This document shows positions 25,497 through 35,535 of a stretch of 64,000 nucleotides of DNA, piece by piece (the stretch's first letter is position 1; each line of letters starts with the position of its first letter). The translations under genes and the position numbers were made by a program. Source of the DNA: an uncultured Gemmatimonadales bacterium (GTDB lineage: Bacteria; Gemmatimonadota; Gemmatimonadetes; Gemmatimonadales; GWC2-71-9); contig CAWGSK010000012.1 in the NCBI GenBank assembly GCA_963825055.1, positions 384,001 to 448,000 of the forward strand. The letters are read 5' to 3'. The notes beneath the pieces were generated by a model. That model was not told the DNA's origin. It saw only the letters and a program-made list of their open reading frames with translations, and made no database searches.

Positions 25497-26036
25497 ATGC
25501 GGAATCATCTCGTAAAGCTCACCCTGGCCGTTCTCCTGCTCGCCGGCGCCGCCACTGTTCCGGCGGCCGCGCAGCAGGGGGCTCAGAAGATCGGCTACAT
25601 CAACATGCAGGCCGTCCTCCGGCAGACCCCGGGATATGCGGCGGCGGAGAGCCTGTATACCCGCGAGGCCGAGGGCTACCGCCAGGAAGTCCAGCGGCTG
25701 CAGTCACAGCTCGACTCCTCGGCGAGCAAGTTCGAGCGCGATGCCGTGCTCCTGAGTCCCACCGCCCGCGAGACCCGGCGGAAGGAGCTGCAGGCCCAGC
25801 AGGACAGCCTGGAGCAGCGGTTCAACGCCATCCGTGAGCGGGCGGCCGCGCGGGAGCGCGAACTGCTCGACCCGATCCAGCAGCGGGTGAACACCGTGGT
25901 TGACGGCATCCGGGCTGAGGGCAACTACTCACTGATCTTTGACGTGTCGTCGGCCTACTCCAGCATCGTCTCCGCGGACCGGGCACTGGACCTGACGCAA
26001 CGGGTCATTGACCGGCTGAAGTCCGCGGGCCAGTGA
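25497..26036 (+). CDS. skp: Periplasmic chaperone Skp/OmpH
   Basis: Signal peptide, KIGYINMQ, coiled coil and DLTQRVI; position after bamA. Confidence 0.9.
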   Translation: MRNHLVKLTLAVLLLAGAATVPAAAQQGAQKIGYINMQAVLRQTPGYAAAESLYTREAEGYRQEVQRLQSQLDSSASKFERDAVLLSPTARETRRKELQAQQDSLEQRFNAIRERAAARERELLDPIQQRVNTVVDGIRAEGNYSLIFDVSSAYSSIVSADRALDLTQRVIDRLKSAGQ

Positions 26037-27088
26037 CTTCGGACGCGGGGCAGGGTCTTACCGCGCAGGCGGTCGCCGACCTCGTCGGCGGCCGCCTGTT
26101 TGGCGACGGAGGCGTCGTCCTCCGCCGTGTGGGCGGGCTCGACCGCGCCGACCCGGAGACGCTGGCGTTTCTTGTCTCGCCCCGCTACCGCCCGTATTTT
26201 CGGTCCTCGCGTGCCGGGGCCGTCCTCGTGACGGAAACGTTCGCCACGGAGGAAGGCGGGCCGGCCACCCGCATCGTGGTCGAGAACCCGCAACGCGCCA
26301 TGATCACCGTCCTGCCCCGGCTCTATCCGGACGATGCCCCCGGGACGGGGGTTGACCCGACCGCCCGGTTCGGCCGGGGAGTCCGGCTGGGAGCGGACGT
26401 CACGATCGGGCCGTACGTCACCGTGGGTGACGGGGCAGCCATCGGGGATGGTACCACGGTCGAGGCCGGGGCCCACATCGGCCGGGACGTCGTCGTCGGC
26501 CGCCGGTGCCGGATCGGGCCCGGCGCGGTTTGCCATCCGGGGACCATCATGGGCGACCGGGTGGAGATCAAGGCGTCCTGCATCCTGGGCGGAACCGGTT
26601 TCGGGTACACTCCGGGGCCGGAGGGCCACCAGCGCATCCCGCATGTCGGGCGCTGCATCATCGAGGATGACGTCCACATCGGCAGTCATACCTGCGTCGA
26701 TCGCGGCAGCCTGGACGACACGGTGGTGGGTTCGGGCACCCGGATCGACAATCTGGTGCATGTCGCCCACAACGTCCGGATCGGCCGGCAGTGCCTGATC
26801 ATGGCAACCTGCGCGATCGCGGGCAGCGCCCGCATCGGAGACGGTGTCATCCTCGCCGGGGCCGCGGGCGTTCGCGACCACGTGACCGTGGGCGACGGGG
26901 CGCGGATCAGCGCCCGCAGCGTCGTGTTCAGCGACGTACCGCCGGGCGAGACCTGGGGCGGCTATCCCGCCCGGGGCCACCGTGACTGGCTCAGGGCCCA
27001 GGCGGCCCTGTATCAGCTGCCCGACCTCCTCCGTCCACTGCACTCACTGATCGAGGACTACGCGCGCCGTGCCCAGAACCACGATTGA
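26033..27088 (+). CDS. lpxD: UDP-3-O-acylglucosamine N-acyltransferase
   Basis: Hexapeptide repeats, GFGY, DRGSLDDT and IDNLVHVAHNV. Confidence 0.95.
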   Translation: MTSDAGQGLTAQAVADLVGGRLFGDGGVVLRRVGGLDRADPETLAFLVSPRYRPYFRSSRAGAVLVTETFATEEGGPATRIVVENPQRAMITVLPRLYPDDAPGTGVDPTARFGRGVRLGADVTIGPYVTVGDGAAIGDGTTVEAGAHIGRDVVVGRRCRIGPGAVCHPGTIMGDRVEIKASCILGGTGFGYTPGPEGHQRIPHVGRCIIEDDVHIGSHTCVDRGSLDDTVVGSGTRIDNLVHVAHNVRIGRQCLIMATCAIAGSARIGDGVILAGAAGVRDHVTVGDGARISARSVVFSDVPPGETWGGYPARGHRDWLRAQAALYQLPDLLRPLHSLIEDYARRAQNHD

Positions 27089-28340
27089 ACGCCCGGTGAC
27101 CGCGAAGGGCGTCGGGCTGCATACCGGCGCCGACTCGCAGGTCGAATGTCGTCCCGCCGCGTCGGGGCGGGGGATTGTCTTCCGCCGGACCGACCTGGCG
27201 GGCGAGCCCGAGATTCCGGCCCGGCTGGACGAAGTGACCGAGGTTGAGCGGCGGACGGTCCTGGGCACCGGCGAGCAGCAGATCAACACGGTCGAGCACC
27301 TGCTGGCCGCCGTTGCCGCCCTGGAGATCGACGACCTGGAGATCGGCATCAATGCCCCGGAGCCCCCGATCCTGGATGGTTCCTTCGCCCCGTGGCTGGA
27401 ACTGCTGGAGGGCGCGGGCCGTCGCGCGCAGGAGGGGGACCCCACCGTGTACCGGGTGACGGCGCCCTTCCAGGTGACCGAAGGGGATGCCACCTACGTC
27501 GTGTCCCCGCACGCGGGGCTCCGGCTCACCACGATGGTCGAGTGGAATCACCCGCTGATCGGGCGCCAGTCCGGCGTCTTCGACATCACGCCGGAGGCCT
27601 TCGGCCGGGACCTGGCCCGCGCGCGCACGTTCGGGTTCGCCGCCGAGGTGGACTCGCTGCGCGAGCGCGGCCTGATCCGCGGGGCATCAACGGAAAACGC
27701 CGTCGTGCTCTCCGAGAGCGGCGTCGTGGATACCGAACTCCGCTGGCCGGACGAGTTCGTCCGGCACAAGGCGGGAGACATTGTCGGTGACCTCTCCCTG
27801 GTGGGTGGCCGGATCCAGGCGCACGTGATGGCGTCGCGGCCGTGGCACCAGGGAAACATCGCCGTCGCCCGCGCCATCGCGCGCCACGCCAGCCGGCAGG
27901 GGGCCATTGCCATGGACATCGGCCGCATTCTCGAGGTCATCCCGCATCGCTACCCGTTCCTCCTGGTCGATCGGATCATCGAGATCGACGGGACGAAGCG
28001 CATCGTCGGGATCAAGAACGTCACGATGAACGAGCCCTTCTTCCAGGGCCATTTCCCGGGACACCCCATCATGCCGGGCGTCCTGATCATCGAGGCGATG
28101 GCGCAGGTGGGCGGCATGCTGCTGCTGGGCGCCATGGAGGCGACCGACGACAAGGTCGTCTACTTCATGTCCCTCGATAACGTGAAGTTCCGCCGCCCCG
28201 TCGTCCCGGGCGACCAGCTGCGCTGCGAACTGGAGATGGTCCAGTTCCGCGGCCGGACCTGCCGGATGAAGGGCGTGGCCTACGTGGACGGCCTCGTGGT
28301 CTGCGAGGCGGAGATGATGGCGCGGGTGGTGGACAAGTGA
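27069..28340 (+). CDS. lpxC-fabZ: Bifunctional LpxC/FabZ
   Basis: GVGLHTG, TVEHLLAA and RHKAGD (LpxC); PHRYPFLLVDR and FFQGHFPGHPIMPGVLIIEAMAQ (FabZ). Confidence 0.96.
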   Translation: MPRTTIERPVTAKGVGLHTGADSQVECRPAASGRGIVFRRTDLAGEPEIPARLDEVTEVERRTVLGTGEQQINTVEHLLAAVAALEIDDLEIGINAPEPPILDGSFAPWLELLEGAGRRAQEGDPTVYRVTAPFQVTEGDATYVVSPHAGLRLTTMVEWNHPLIGRQSGVFDITPEAFGRDLARARTFGFAAEVDSLRERGLIRGASTENAVVLSESGVVDTELRWPDEFVRHKAGDIVGDLSLVGGRIQAHVMASRPWHQGNIAVARAIARHASRQGAIAMDIGRILEVIPHRYPFLLVDRIIEIDGTKRIVGIKNVTMNEPFFQGHFPGHPIMPGVLIIEAMAQVGGMLLLGAMEATDDKVVYFMSLDNVKFRRPVVPGDQLRCELEMVQFRGRTCRMKGVAYVDGLVVCEAEMMARVVDK

Positions 28341-29113
28341 GCGCTGCGGTCCATCCCACCGCGCTGGTGGATCCCGGGGCGCAGCTCGGCGCCGGCGTGG
28401 AGGTCGGACCGTTCTGTATCATCGGCCCCGAGGTGACCGTGGGCGACCGCTGCCGGCTCGGGCCGCACGTAACCCTGGAGCGGAACGTGCGGCTCGCGGA
28501 GGACGTCTCACTGGGGCAGGGCACCGTCATCGGGGGGGCGCCGCAGGACCTCAAGTACGAGGGCGAGGAGAGCTGGGTCGAGATCGGGGCGGGGACGAGC
28601 ATCCGGGAGTACAGCACGGTCAATCGCGGCACCGCCGCCACCGGCAGCACCCGCGTGGGGCGGAATTGTTTCCTCATGACCTACGTGCACGTGGCGCACG
28701 ACTGCGTCATCGGCGACGGGGTGATCATCGCCAATGGCACGCAGCTCGCGGGGCACGTGACGCTGGATGACCATGCGATCCTGAGCGGCCTCAACGCCGT
28801 GCACCAGTTCGTGACGATCGGCTCATATGCCTTCGTGGGCGGCATGACCCGGGTGAATCAGGACATTCCCCCGTACGTCAAAGCGGTCGGGAACCCGATG
28901 GAACTGTACGGGCTCAATACCGTAGGCCTCCAGCGCGCTGGATTCCCGCTCGAGACCATCAACGCCCTCAAGCGCGCCTACCGCCTCTTCTTCAATTCCG
29001 ATTACAACCTCTCGCAGGCCGCGGCCCGCGCCCGCGCCGACCTGCCCTCGCTGCCGGAGGTGGACCGCTTCGTGGCGTTCGTCGAGTCCTCCCAGCGCGG
29101 GGTGCCGGCGTGA
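28337..29113 (+). CDS. lpxA: UDP-N-acetylglucosamine acyltransferase
   Basis: PQDLKY, IREYSTVNRGT, HVAHDC, LAGHV and HQF. Confidence 0.96.
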   Translation: MSAAVHPTALVDPGAQLGAGVEVGPFCIIGPEVTVGDRCRLGPHVTLERNVRLAEDVSLGQGTVIGGAPQDLKYEGEESWVEIGAGTSIREYSTVNRGTAATGSTRVGRNCFLMTYVHVAHDCVIGDGVIIANGTQLAGHVTLDDHAILSGLNAVHQFVTIGSYAFVGGMTRVNQDIPPYVKAVGNPMELYGLNTVGLQRAGFPLETINALKRAYRLFFNSDYNLSQAAARARADLPSLPEVDRFVAFVESSQRGVPA

Positions 29114-30096
29114 GTGCACGCCTCCCCGTGGGTGTCGTCGGCGTCGGCGTTTTGGGCAGCCACCACGCCAGGCATTTCGCGGCGCTGGAAGGCGTGGACC
29201 TCGTGGGCGTTTGCGATCTGGACCCGGGACGCGCGCAGGCGGTGGCGGAGCAGACCGGAGCCCGGGCCTGCCGGGATCTCGATGACCTGCTCGACCGGGT
29301 CGAGGCGATCAGCGTTGCCGTGCCGACACCCGCGCACGCGGAGGTCGGTTGCCGGGCCCTGGAGCGGAACGTGGCGGTCCTCATGGAGAAGCCGCTCGCA
29401 GCCACGCTCGAAGAGGCCGACCGGCTGGTGGCGTCGGCGGCGGCCGGGGCGCTGCTGCAGGTCGGCCACATCGAACGGTTCAACCGCGCCGTGCGGGGCG
29501 CGATGCCGTTCCTGGACGAACCGAAGTACATGGAGAGCATGCGGCTCGCGCCCTTTCAGCCGAGGGGCACCGATGTGGCGGTCATTCTGGACCTGATGAT
29601 CCACGACCTCGACCTCATCCTCCACCTGGGCGGCGGGGAGGTCGCGGACGACGTCCGGGCCTCAGGAGTCGCGGTCCTGAGTCCCCATCTCGACATGGCC
29701 AACGCGCGGGTCGAGTTCGCCAATGGCATGGTGGCCAACGTGACGGCCTCACGCATCTCCCGCGAACGCATCCGCAAGCTCCGGATCTTCCAGCCCAGCG
29801 GCTATCTCTCGCTGGACCTCGCCACGGGCGGTGGCGCCTTCATGCGCCTCCGGCCCGGCTTCGCGCCCGGCGCCGCCGCGCACCTGGAGGAGATCATCGA
29901 GCAGGTGCCCCTGGAAGCGCCCGAAGCGGATGCCCTCCGCCTGGAGCTCGAGAGCTTCGTGCGCTCGGTACAGGGTGAGGCGCTCTCCGCGGTGACCGGG
30001 GCGGAGGGGCGGGCCGCGCTGGCCCTGGCCCTCCGGGTGGTGGATGCCGTCAACCGCAGTCCCGTCACGATCGGCCCGGCCGCCCAACGCCGATGA
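29110..30096 (+). CDS. Gfo/Idh/MocA oxidoreductase (GnnA-like)
   Basis: GVGVLGSHH, EKP, QVGHIERFN and DLMIHDLD; located between lpxA and lpxB. Confidence 0.88.
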   Translation: MSARLPVGVVGVGVLGSHHARHFAALEGVDLVGVCDLDPGRAQAVAEQTGARACRDLDDLLDRVEAISVAVPTPAHAEVGCRALERNVAVLMEKPLAATLEEADRLVASAAAGALLQVGHIERFNRAVRGAMPFLDEPKYMESMRLAPFQPRGTDVAVILDLMIHDLDLILHLGGGEVADDVRASGVAVLSPHLDMANARVEFANGMVANVTASRISRERIRKLRIFQPSGYLSLDLATGGGAFMRLRPGFAPGAAAHLEEIIEQVPLEAPEADALRLELESFVRSVQGEALSAVTGAEGRAALALALRVVDAVNRSPVTIGPAAQRR

Positions 30097-31214
30097 CCCC
30101 TCCGCCGCCCAGGATCTTCGTATCCGCGGGCGAACCCTCCGGTGACCTGCATGCCGCCGCCGTGGTCCGGGCCCTCGCCCGGCGCTGGCCCGATGCCGTC
30201 ATCGACGGGTTCGGCGGTCCCGCCATGGCCGAGGCCGGCACGCGCCTGGTGGCCTCCATGGACGACTACACCGTCATGGGCTTCGCGGAGGTGGTCACCA
30301 AGCTTCCCGCCCACCTGCGGCTGCTCCGTCAGCTCGGCGCCCGCTTCCGCAGCGATCGCTACGACCTCGTGCTCCCGGTCGATTACCCCGGCTTTCATCT
30401 CCGGCTCGCGGGGTCCGCCCACGCGGCGGGGAGCCGTGTCCTGTACTACATCCCCCCGCAGCTCTGGGCCTGGCGCCCCGGGCGGGCGCGGAGGTTACGC
30501 GCGGTGACCGATCGACTCGCGGCCATCCTTCCCTTCGAGGAGGAGTTCTATGCCTCGCTGGGGCTCGAGGCGCGCTACGTGGGGCACCCGCTGGTCGATG
30601 ACGTCGAATTGCCCAGCCGGGCGGCAGCCCGGGAGGTACTCGGCGTTACCGGAGAGGCGCGCGTACTCGCTATCTTTCCCGGCAGCCGCCGCCAGGAGCT
30701 GCGCTATCACTGGGATGTGCTCCGCGAAGTCGGGAAGCGGCTTCTGGCCGAAGGCCGGTGCGACCGGGCCCTCGTGGCCGGGGTGCCCCATGGAGACTAC
30801 CCCGATGCCGCACCGCTCGAGATCCACCGGGGCCGCCCGGAAACCGTGCTCGCGGCGGCGGATGCCGCGGTGGTCAAGTCGGGTACCACCACCCTCGAGA
30901 CCGCGCTGGCCGGCGTGCCGATGGTTGTGGTGTACCGCCTGCACCCCTTCACCCATGCGGTGGGGCGGCGGCTCACCACGCTGGATCGCTACAGCCTGGT
31001 GAACCTGGTTGCCGGGGAGGACGTCGTGCCGGAACTGATCCAGCATGACGCGACCGTGGACCGGATCACGGACGCGACCCGGCCGCTGCTGGACAGCAAC
31101 CACCCGGCCACCCGGGCGCAGCGTTCCGGACTTGCCCGCGTAGTCGAGCGCCTCGGGCCTCCCGGTGCCGCCGGGCGGGTCGCCGACCTGGCGGCCGAGT
31201 TGCTCGGCCGGTGA
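30093..31214 (+). CDS. lpxB: Lipid A disaccharide synthase
   Basis: AGEPSGDLH, DYPGF, PQLWAWR, YVGHPL, PGSR and SGTTTLE. Confidence 0.96.
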   Translation: MTPPPPRIFVSAGEPSGDLHAAAVVRALARRWPDAVIDGFGGPAMAEAGTRLVASMDDYTVMGFAEVVTKLPAHLRLLRQLGARFRSDRYDLVLPVDYPGFHLRLAGSAHAAGSRVLYYIPPQLWAWRPGRARRLRAVTDRLAAILPFEEEFYASLGLEARYVGHPLVDDVELPSRAAAREVLGVTGEARVLAIFPGSRRQELRYHWDVLREVGKRLLAEGRCDRALVAGVPHGDYPDAAPLEIHRGRPETVLAAADAAVVKSGTTTLETALAGVPMVVVYRLHPFTHAVGRRLTTLDRYSLVNLVAGEDVVPELIQHDATVDRITDATRPLLDSNHPATRAQRSGLARVVERLGPPGAAGRVADLAAELLGR

Positions 31215-31864
31215 AGATCCGCGTCCCGCCGGCCGTGGCGGCCGCGGTGGGCGCCGGAACAGTCTCGGCGCTGGCCCGTACCTGGCGCTACGACGTACGG
31301 GACGAACGGCACTGGCGGGACCTGGCGGGACGGCCGTTCCTGTTCATGTGCTGGCACGAGGCGCTGCTCCCGCTGCTGTGGCGCCATCGCGGCCAGGACA
31401 TCACGCTGGTGGTGAGCGAGGCGCGGGATGGCCAGTACCTCGCGGACTTCGGGCGCCGGCTGGGATACCGGCTGGTGCGCGGGTCGAGCACGAAGGGATC
31501 CGTCCGGGCGCTGATCGGCGCGATCCGTGAGCTGGAGCAGGGGCATGCCGTGGCCATCACGCCGGACGGTCCGCGGGGTCCCCGTCGGGAGCTCAAGCCC
31601 GGGATCATTGCCGCCGCCCAGCGCACCGGCGTTGCGATCCTGCCGCTGCACAGCGATGCGGATCGTGCGTGGCGGTTCCGTTCCTGGGACCGCTTCATGC
31701 TGCCGAAACCCTTCGCGCGGGTGCGGGTCGCGTATGGCGCGCCGATCCCGGTCGGCCGTGGGTCAGGGGATCAGGAGTCGGGCGTGACAGCGGCGCGGGA
31801 CTCGCTGGAGCAACTCACGAGGAGCGTGGCATGGCCGGACGCCGGGGAGACACCCATCGCCTAG
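31211..31864 (+). CDS. DUF374 / lysophospholipid acyltransferase family (LpxJ-like)
   Basis: CWHE, SEARDG, VRGSS, TPDGPRGP and SWDRFMLPKPF. Confidence 0.85.
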   Translation: MKIRVPPAVAAAVGAGTVSALARTWRYDVRDERHWRDLAGRPFLFMCWHEALLPLLWRHRGQDITLVVSEARDGQYLADFGRRLGYRLVRGSSTKGSVRALIGAIRELEQGHAVAITPDGPRGPRRELKPGIIAAAQRTGVAILPLHSDADRAWRFRSWDRFMLPKPFARVRVAYGAPIPVGRGSGDQESGVTAARDSLEQLTRSVAWPDAGETPIA

Positions 31865-32883
31865 TGCGCTGGCTCTGGACGAGCCGGCGCCTCGATGCGC
31901 GCCTCACCCGGCTCGCCCTGTTGCCGGCGAGCGGGCTGTGGTGGGCGGCCATGGCCGCGCGGAACCGCGCGTACGACCGCGGCTGGATGGCAACGCACGA
32001 CCTGCCGCTGCCGTCGGTGGCCGTAGGCAACCTCACGGTGGGGGGGTCGGGCAAGACCCCGATTGCCACGTGGATCGCACGGTACTTCGCGGACCAGGGG
32101 TTCACGCCCGGCATCCTGCTGCGCGGCTACGGCGGGGGCGACGAGGCACGGGTGCACGAGTACGCGGTGCCCGAAGCCGTGGTGGTGGCCGACCCCGACC
32201 GCCCGGCCGGTGCCGAGCGGGCCCTGGCGCGCGGGGCGGAGGTGCTGGTCCTGGATGATGCATTCCAGCGGCGGGATGTCGAGCGCGACTGTAATATCGT
32301 GCTGATGAGCGCCGAAACCGGCCGCGCGGTGCCGTGGCCCCTGCCGGCGGGGCCCTGGCGGGAACGCTGGTCGGCCCTGGATCGCGCGGACCTGGTCATC
32401 GTGACCCGCAAGCGGGCCACGGCGGAAGCGGCCATTGGCGTTGCCCGCCGGTTGCATGACGTGGTGGACGTGCCGGTGGCGGTAGTGCACCTGTCCCTCG
32501 CGCGGCTCGAGGGCCTGACGTCCGGTCGCGCGGTGCCGACCAGTGTCCTGGCCGGCAAGCGGGTGGTCGCGGCCGCGGCCATTGCCGATCCGGGCGCCTT
32601 CGTGGCCCAGGTGAAGGGCACGGGGGCCAAGGTGCAGGTCGCCACCTGGCGCGACCATCATGAATTTCGCGACGAGGATGTCGCCTGGCTCGCGCATGCC
32701 GCCCGCCGCGCTGACCACGTGGTGATCACCTCGAAGGACGCGGTCAAGCTCCGCGACCGCTGGCCGGCGAACGTGCCGGAGCCGTACGTGGCAGAGCTGG
32801 ATCTCCTGTGGGAAGAGGGTCTGGAGGACGTGACGGCGGCCCTCGATACCGTGGTGGCCCACTTGCCACCGCACCAACCCTGA
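31831..32883 (+). CDS. lpxK: Tetraacyldisaccharide 4'-kinase
   Basis: [26 protein letters not shown] and [16 protein letters not shown] before ATG 31831. Confidence 0.93.
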   Translation: MAGRRGDTHRLVRWLWTSRRLDARLTRLALLPASGLWWAAMAARNRAYDRGWMATHDLPLPSVAVGNLTVGGSGKTPIATWIARYFADQGFTPGILLRGYGGGDEARVHEYAVPEAVVVADPDRPAGAERALARGAEVLVLDDAFQRRDVERDCNIVLMSAETGRAVPWPLPAGPWRERWSALDRADLVIVTRKRATAEAAIGVARRLHDVVDVPVAVVHLSLARLEGLTSGRAVPTSVLAGKRVVAAAAIADPGAFVAQVKGTGAKVQVATWRDHHEFRDEDVAWLAHAARRADHVVITSKDAVKLRDRWPANVPEPYVAELDLLWEEGLEDVTAALDTVVAHLPPHQP

Positions 32884-32908
32884 AACGCGACGGAGCACGC
32901 TCCACGTT

Positions 32909-34219
32909 ATGACTATCGACAAGACGGAATCTGCCAGCCCCCTCATCCGCCCCGACCGGGATCTCCGGTTCCAGAACGAGGACAACCCGTTCGAGGCGAT
33001 GATGTCGCGGTTCGACCACGCTGCGGAGCTGTTGAGCCTGGACCCGGGCCTCTACAAGGTCCTCCGCAACCCGGAACGGCAGATGATCGTTTCGGTCCCC
33101 GTGATGCTCGACAGTGGGGACATCGAGGTCTACAAGGGCTACCGCGTGATCTACAACAGCTCCCGGGGGCCGGCGAAGGGCGGGATCCGCTTCCGCCCTG
33201 ACGTGACCCTGGACGAGGTGACCGCGCTGGCGGCCTGGATGACGTGGAAGTGCGCCGTCGTGAACCTGCCCTTCGGCGGGGCGAAGGGTGGGGTGATCTG
33301 CGACCCGACCACCCTCTCCGTGGGCGAGCTGGAGCGGCTGACCCGCCGCTATACCTCCGGCATCATCGAGATGCTCGGGCCGGATTCCGATGTGCCAGCC
33401 CCCGACGTAAACACGAACGAGCGGGTGATGGCGTGGATCATGGACACGTACTCCATGCACAAGCGCCATACGGTCACCGCCGTGGTCACCGGCAAGCCCG
33501 TGATCATGGGGGGCTCGCTGGGCCGGCGCGAGGCGACGGGGCGGGGGTGCATGATCGTCACCCGGGAAGCCCTCCGGGCCAGGGGCATTCCCATCGAGGG
33601 CGCCGAGGTCGTGGTGCAGGGCTTCGGGAACGTCGGCTCGGTGGCCGCCGACCTGATGCATCGCGAGGGAATGAAAATCATCGCCGTGAGCGACAAGGCC
33701 GGCGGCATCATCAACCGGAACGGTATCGATATCCCCAAGACGACGGAGTTCTTCCAGCACAACCGGACCCTGGACAACTTCCCCGATGCCGACCAGATCA
33801 GCAATGAGGAACTCCTCGCCCTCGACTGCGACGTGCTGGTCCCGGCTGCCCTGGAAAACGTGATCACCCGTTCCAACGCGCCGAACATCCGTGCCCGCAT
33901 CATCTGCGAGGGCGCCAACGGCCCGACCACGGCCCACGCGGATGAGATCCTCGACGGCAACGACGTCTTCGTCATCCCCGACATCCTGGCCAATGCCGGC
34001 GGGGTGACCGTCAGCTACTTCGAATGGGTGCAGGATCGCGGCGGATATTTCTGGGACGAGCCCACGGTGAACGAGCGGCTGGAGAAGATCATGGTGCAGG
34101 CCTTCAACGAGGTCACCGCCATGGCCCAGCGGCACAATGTGAGCCTGCGCGTCGCCTCTTACATGCTTTCCATCGAGCGCGTGGCGGCCGTCCACCGGCT
34201 CCGCGGCCTCTACGCCTGA
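32909..34219 (+). CDS. gdhA: Glu/Leu/Phe/Val dehydrogenase (glutamate dehydrogenase)
   Basis: [37 protein letters not shown] and [14 protein letters not shown]. Confidence 0.93.
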   Translation: MTIDKTESASPLIRPDRDLRFQNEDNPFEAMMSRFDHAAELLSLDPGLYKVLRNPERQMIVSVPVMLDSGDIEVYKGYRVIYNSSRGPAKGGIRFRPDVTLDEVTALAAWMTWKCAVVNLPFGGAKGGVICDPTTLSVGELERLTRRYTSGIIEMLGPDSDVPAPDVNTNERVMAWIMDTYSMHKRHTVTAVVTGKPVIMGGSLGRREATGRGCMIVTREALRARGIPIEGAEVVVQGFGNVGSVAADLMHREGMKIIAVSDKAGGIINRNGIDIPKTTEFFQHNRTLDNFPDADQISNEELLALDCDVLVPAALENVITRSNAPNIRARIICEGANGPTTAHADEILDGNDVFVIPDILANAGGVTVSYFEWVQDRGGYFWDEPTVNERLEKIMVQAFNEVTAMAQRHNVSLRVASYMLSIERVAAVHRLRGLYA

Positions 34220-34221
34220 GG

Positions 34222-34674
34222 GTGGACGTCGCCCTGCTCGCCGTCGGCCGGCTCCGGCCGGCCTGCCGCGAGTTGTGTGACGACTACATCAGGCGGCTTG
34301 GGCGCTCGGCGCAGGTGGTCGAGCGCGAGGTGCGCGAGTCCCGCCGGCCCGCCGCCGAGGGACGCCGGGAGGAAGGCCGTCGGCTGCTCGAGCAGGTCCC
34401 GGATCGTGCCACCCTGGTGGCGCTGGACGCAGGAGGGAAAAGCTGGAGCAGCGAGGACCTGGCCCGCCAGATCGACCGCTGGCGGCTGGCCGCGCGTCCC
34501 GTGGCCTTTGCCATCGGGGGGTCGACGGGGCTCGACCCGGCCGTTCTCGAGCGGGCGGACCGGCGCTGGAGCCTGGGGCCGCTGACCCTCCCGCACGAAC
34601 TGGCCCGGGTGATCGTCTGCGAACAGCTCTACCGGGGGTTCAGCATCCTGGACGGGAAGCCGTACCATAAGTAG
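34222..34674 (+). CDS. rlmH: 23S rRNA (pseudouridine1915-N3)-methyltransferase
   Basis: LLAVGRL, FAIGGSTGL, SLGPLTLPHELAR, EQLYRG and PYHK. Start is GTG 34222 or CTG 34216. Confidence 0.93.
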   Translation: MDVALLAVGRLRPACRELCDDYIRRLGRSAQVVEREVRESRRPAAEGRREEGRRLLEQVPDRATLVALDAGGKSWSSEDLARQIDRWRLAARPVAFAIGGSTGLDPAVLERADRRWSLGPLTLPHELARVIVCEQLYRGFSILDGKPYHK

Positions 34675-34770
34675 CAGCCAGTAGCAACGAGTGATTCGTG
34701 AGTAGGGAGCCGTAGCGTGCACCGGCGACACACGGAGACAGAGAATGGCGACCCGAGGCATGGCCAGGTT

Positions 34771-34811
34771 CCCGATACCTCCCGACTCCCGACTCCCGAC
34801 TCCCGATTCCC
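34771..34811. repeat. Heptamer tandem repeat (CCCGACT)x3 plus variants CCCGATT and CCCGATA
   Basis: Read directly at 34781-34808; CCCGATAC at 34771. Confidence 0.85.
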
Positions 34812-34818
34812 GGCTGTC

Positions 34819-35535
34819 ATGACCGACTGGTTCGAGGAGTGGTTCGGTGAGGAATACCTCCGTTTGTACCCGCACCGGGACGATGCGGATGCGCAACGAA
34901 TGGTGGACCTGCTCCTGGCGCAGCTCCCGTGGTCCGGAGGATGGCGGATTCTGGATGTCGGGTGCGGGGCTGGCCGTCACTCCGCCGCGCTGGAGCGGGC
35001 CGGTGGGCGGCCGGTCGGGCTGGACCTGAGCGCCCGACTCCTCGCGCGGGCGCGTGAGGTCACCGGCGCGCCGCTCGTCCGGGCGGACATGCGGGCGCTT
35101 CCGATCCGGGACGCCAGCATGGACCTGACCGTCAACCTCTTTACGAGCTTCGGCTATTTTCTGGAGGACCCTGTGCACCAGGCCGCGCTCGAGGGCATGG
35201 TACGCACCGTTCGCCCGGAAGGCTGGTTTGCCATCGACTTCCTCAATGCCACACACGTACGCCGTCACCTGGTCGCGTCGGACACGCTGCCCCTGGGAGA
35301 CCAGGTTGCCACCGTGGGCCGCCGCATCAGCGAGGACGACCGGTTCGTGCTGAAGACCATTCGCACGCCTGAGGGCCGGGAGTTCCTCGAACGGGTCCGC
35401 CTCTTCACGCCGGGTGAACTCGAGGGCATGGTCGCCCGCGCCGGCGTCCAGGTCCGGCACCGTTTCGGTGACTACGACGGGTCCCCCCTCTCGGACGAGG
35501 CACGCCGCACCATCCTCATCGGGCAGCGCGCGTGA
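34819..35535 (+). CDS. Class I SAM-dependent methyltransferase
   Basis: ILDVGCGAGRH, GLDLS, RADMR and NLFTSFGYF. Confidence 0.9.
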   Translation: MTDWFEEWFGEEYLRLYPHRDDADAQRMVDLLLAQLPWSGGWRILDVGCGAGRHSAALERAGGRPVGLDLSARLLARAREVTGAPLVRADMRALPIRDASMDLTVNLFTSFGYFLEDPVHQAALEGMVRTVRPEGWFAIDFLNATHVRRHLVASDTLPLGDQVATVGRRISEDDRFVLKTIRTPEGREFLERVRLFTPGELEGMVARAGVQVRHRFGDYDGSPLSDEARRTILIGQRA

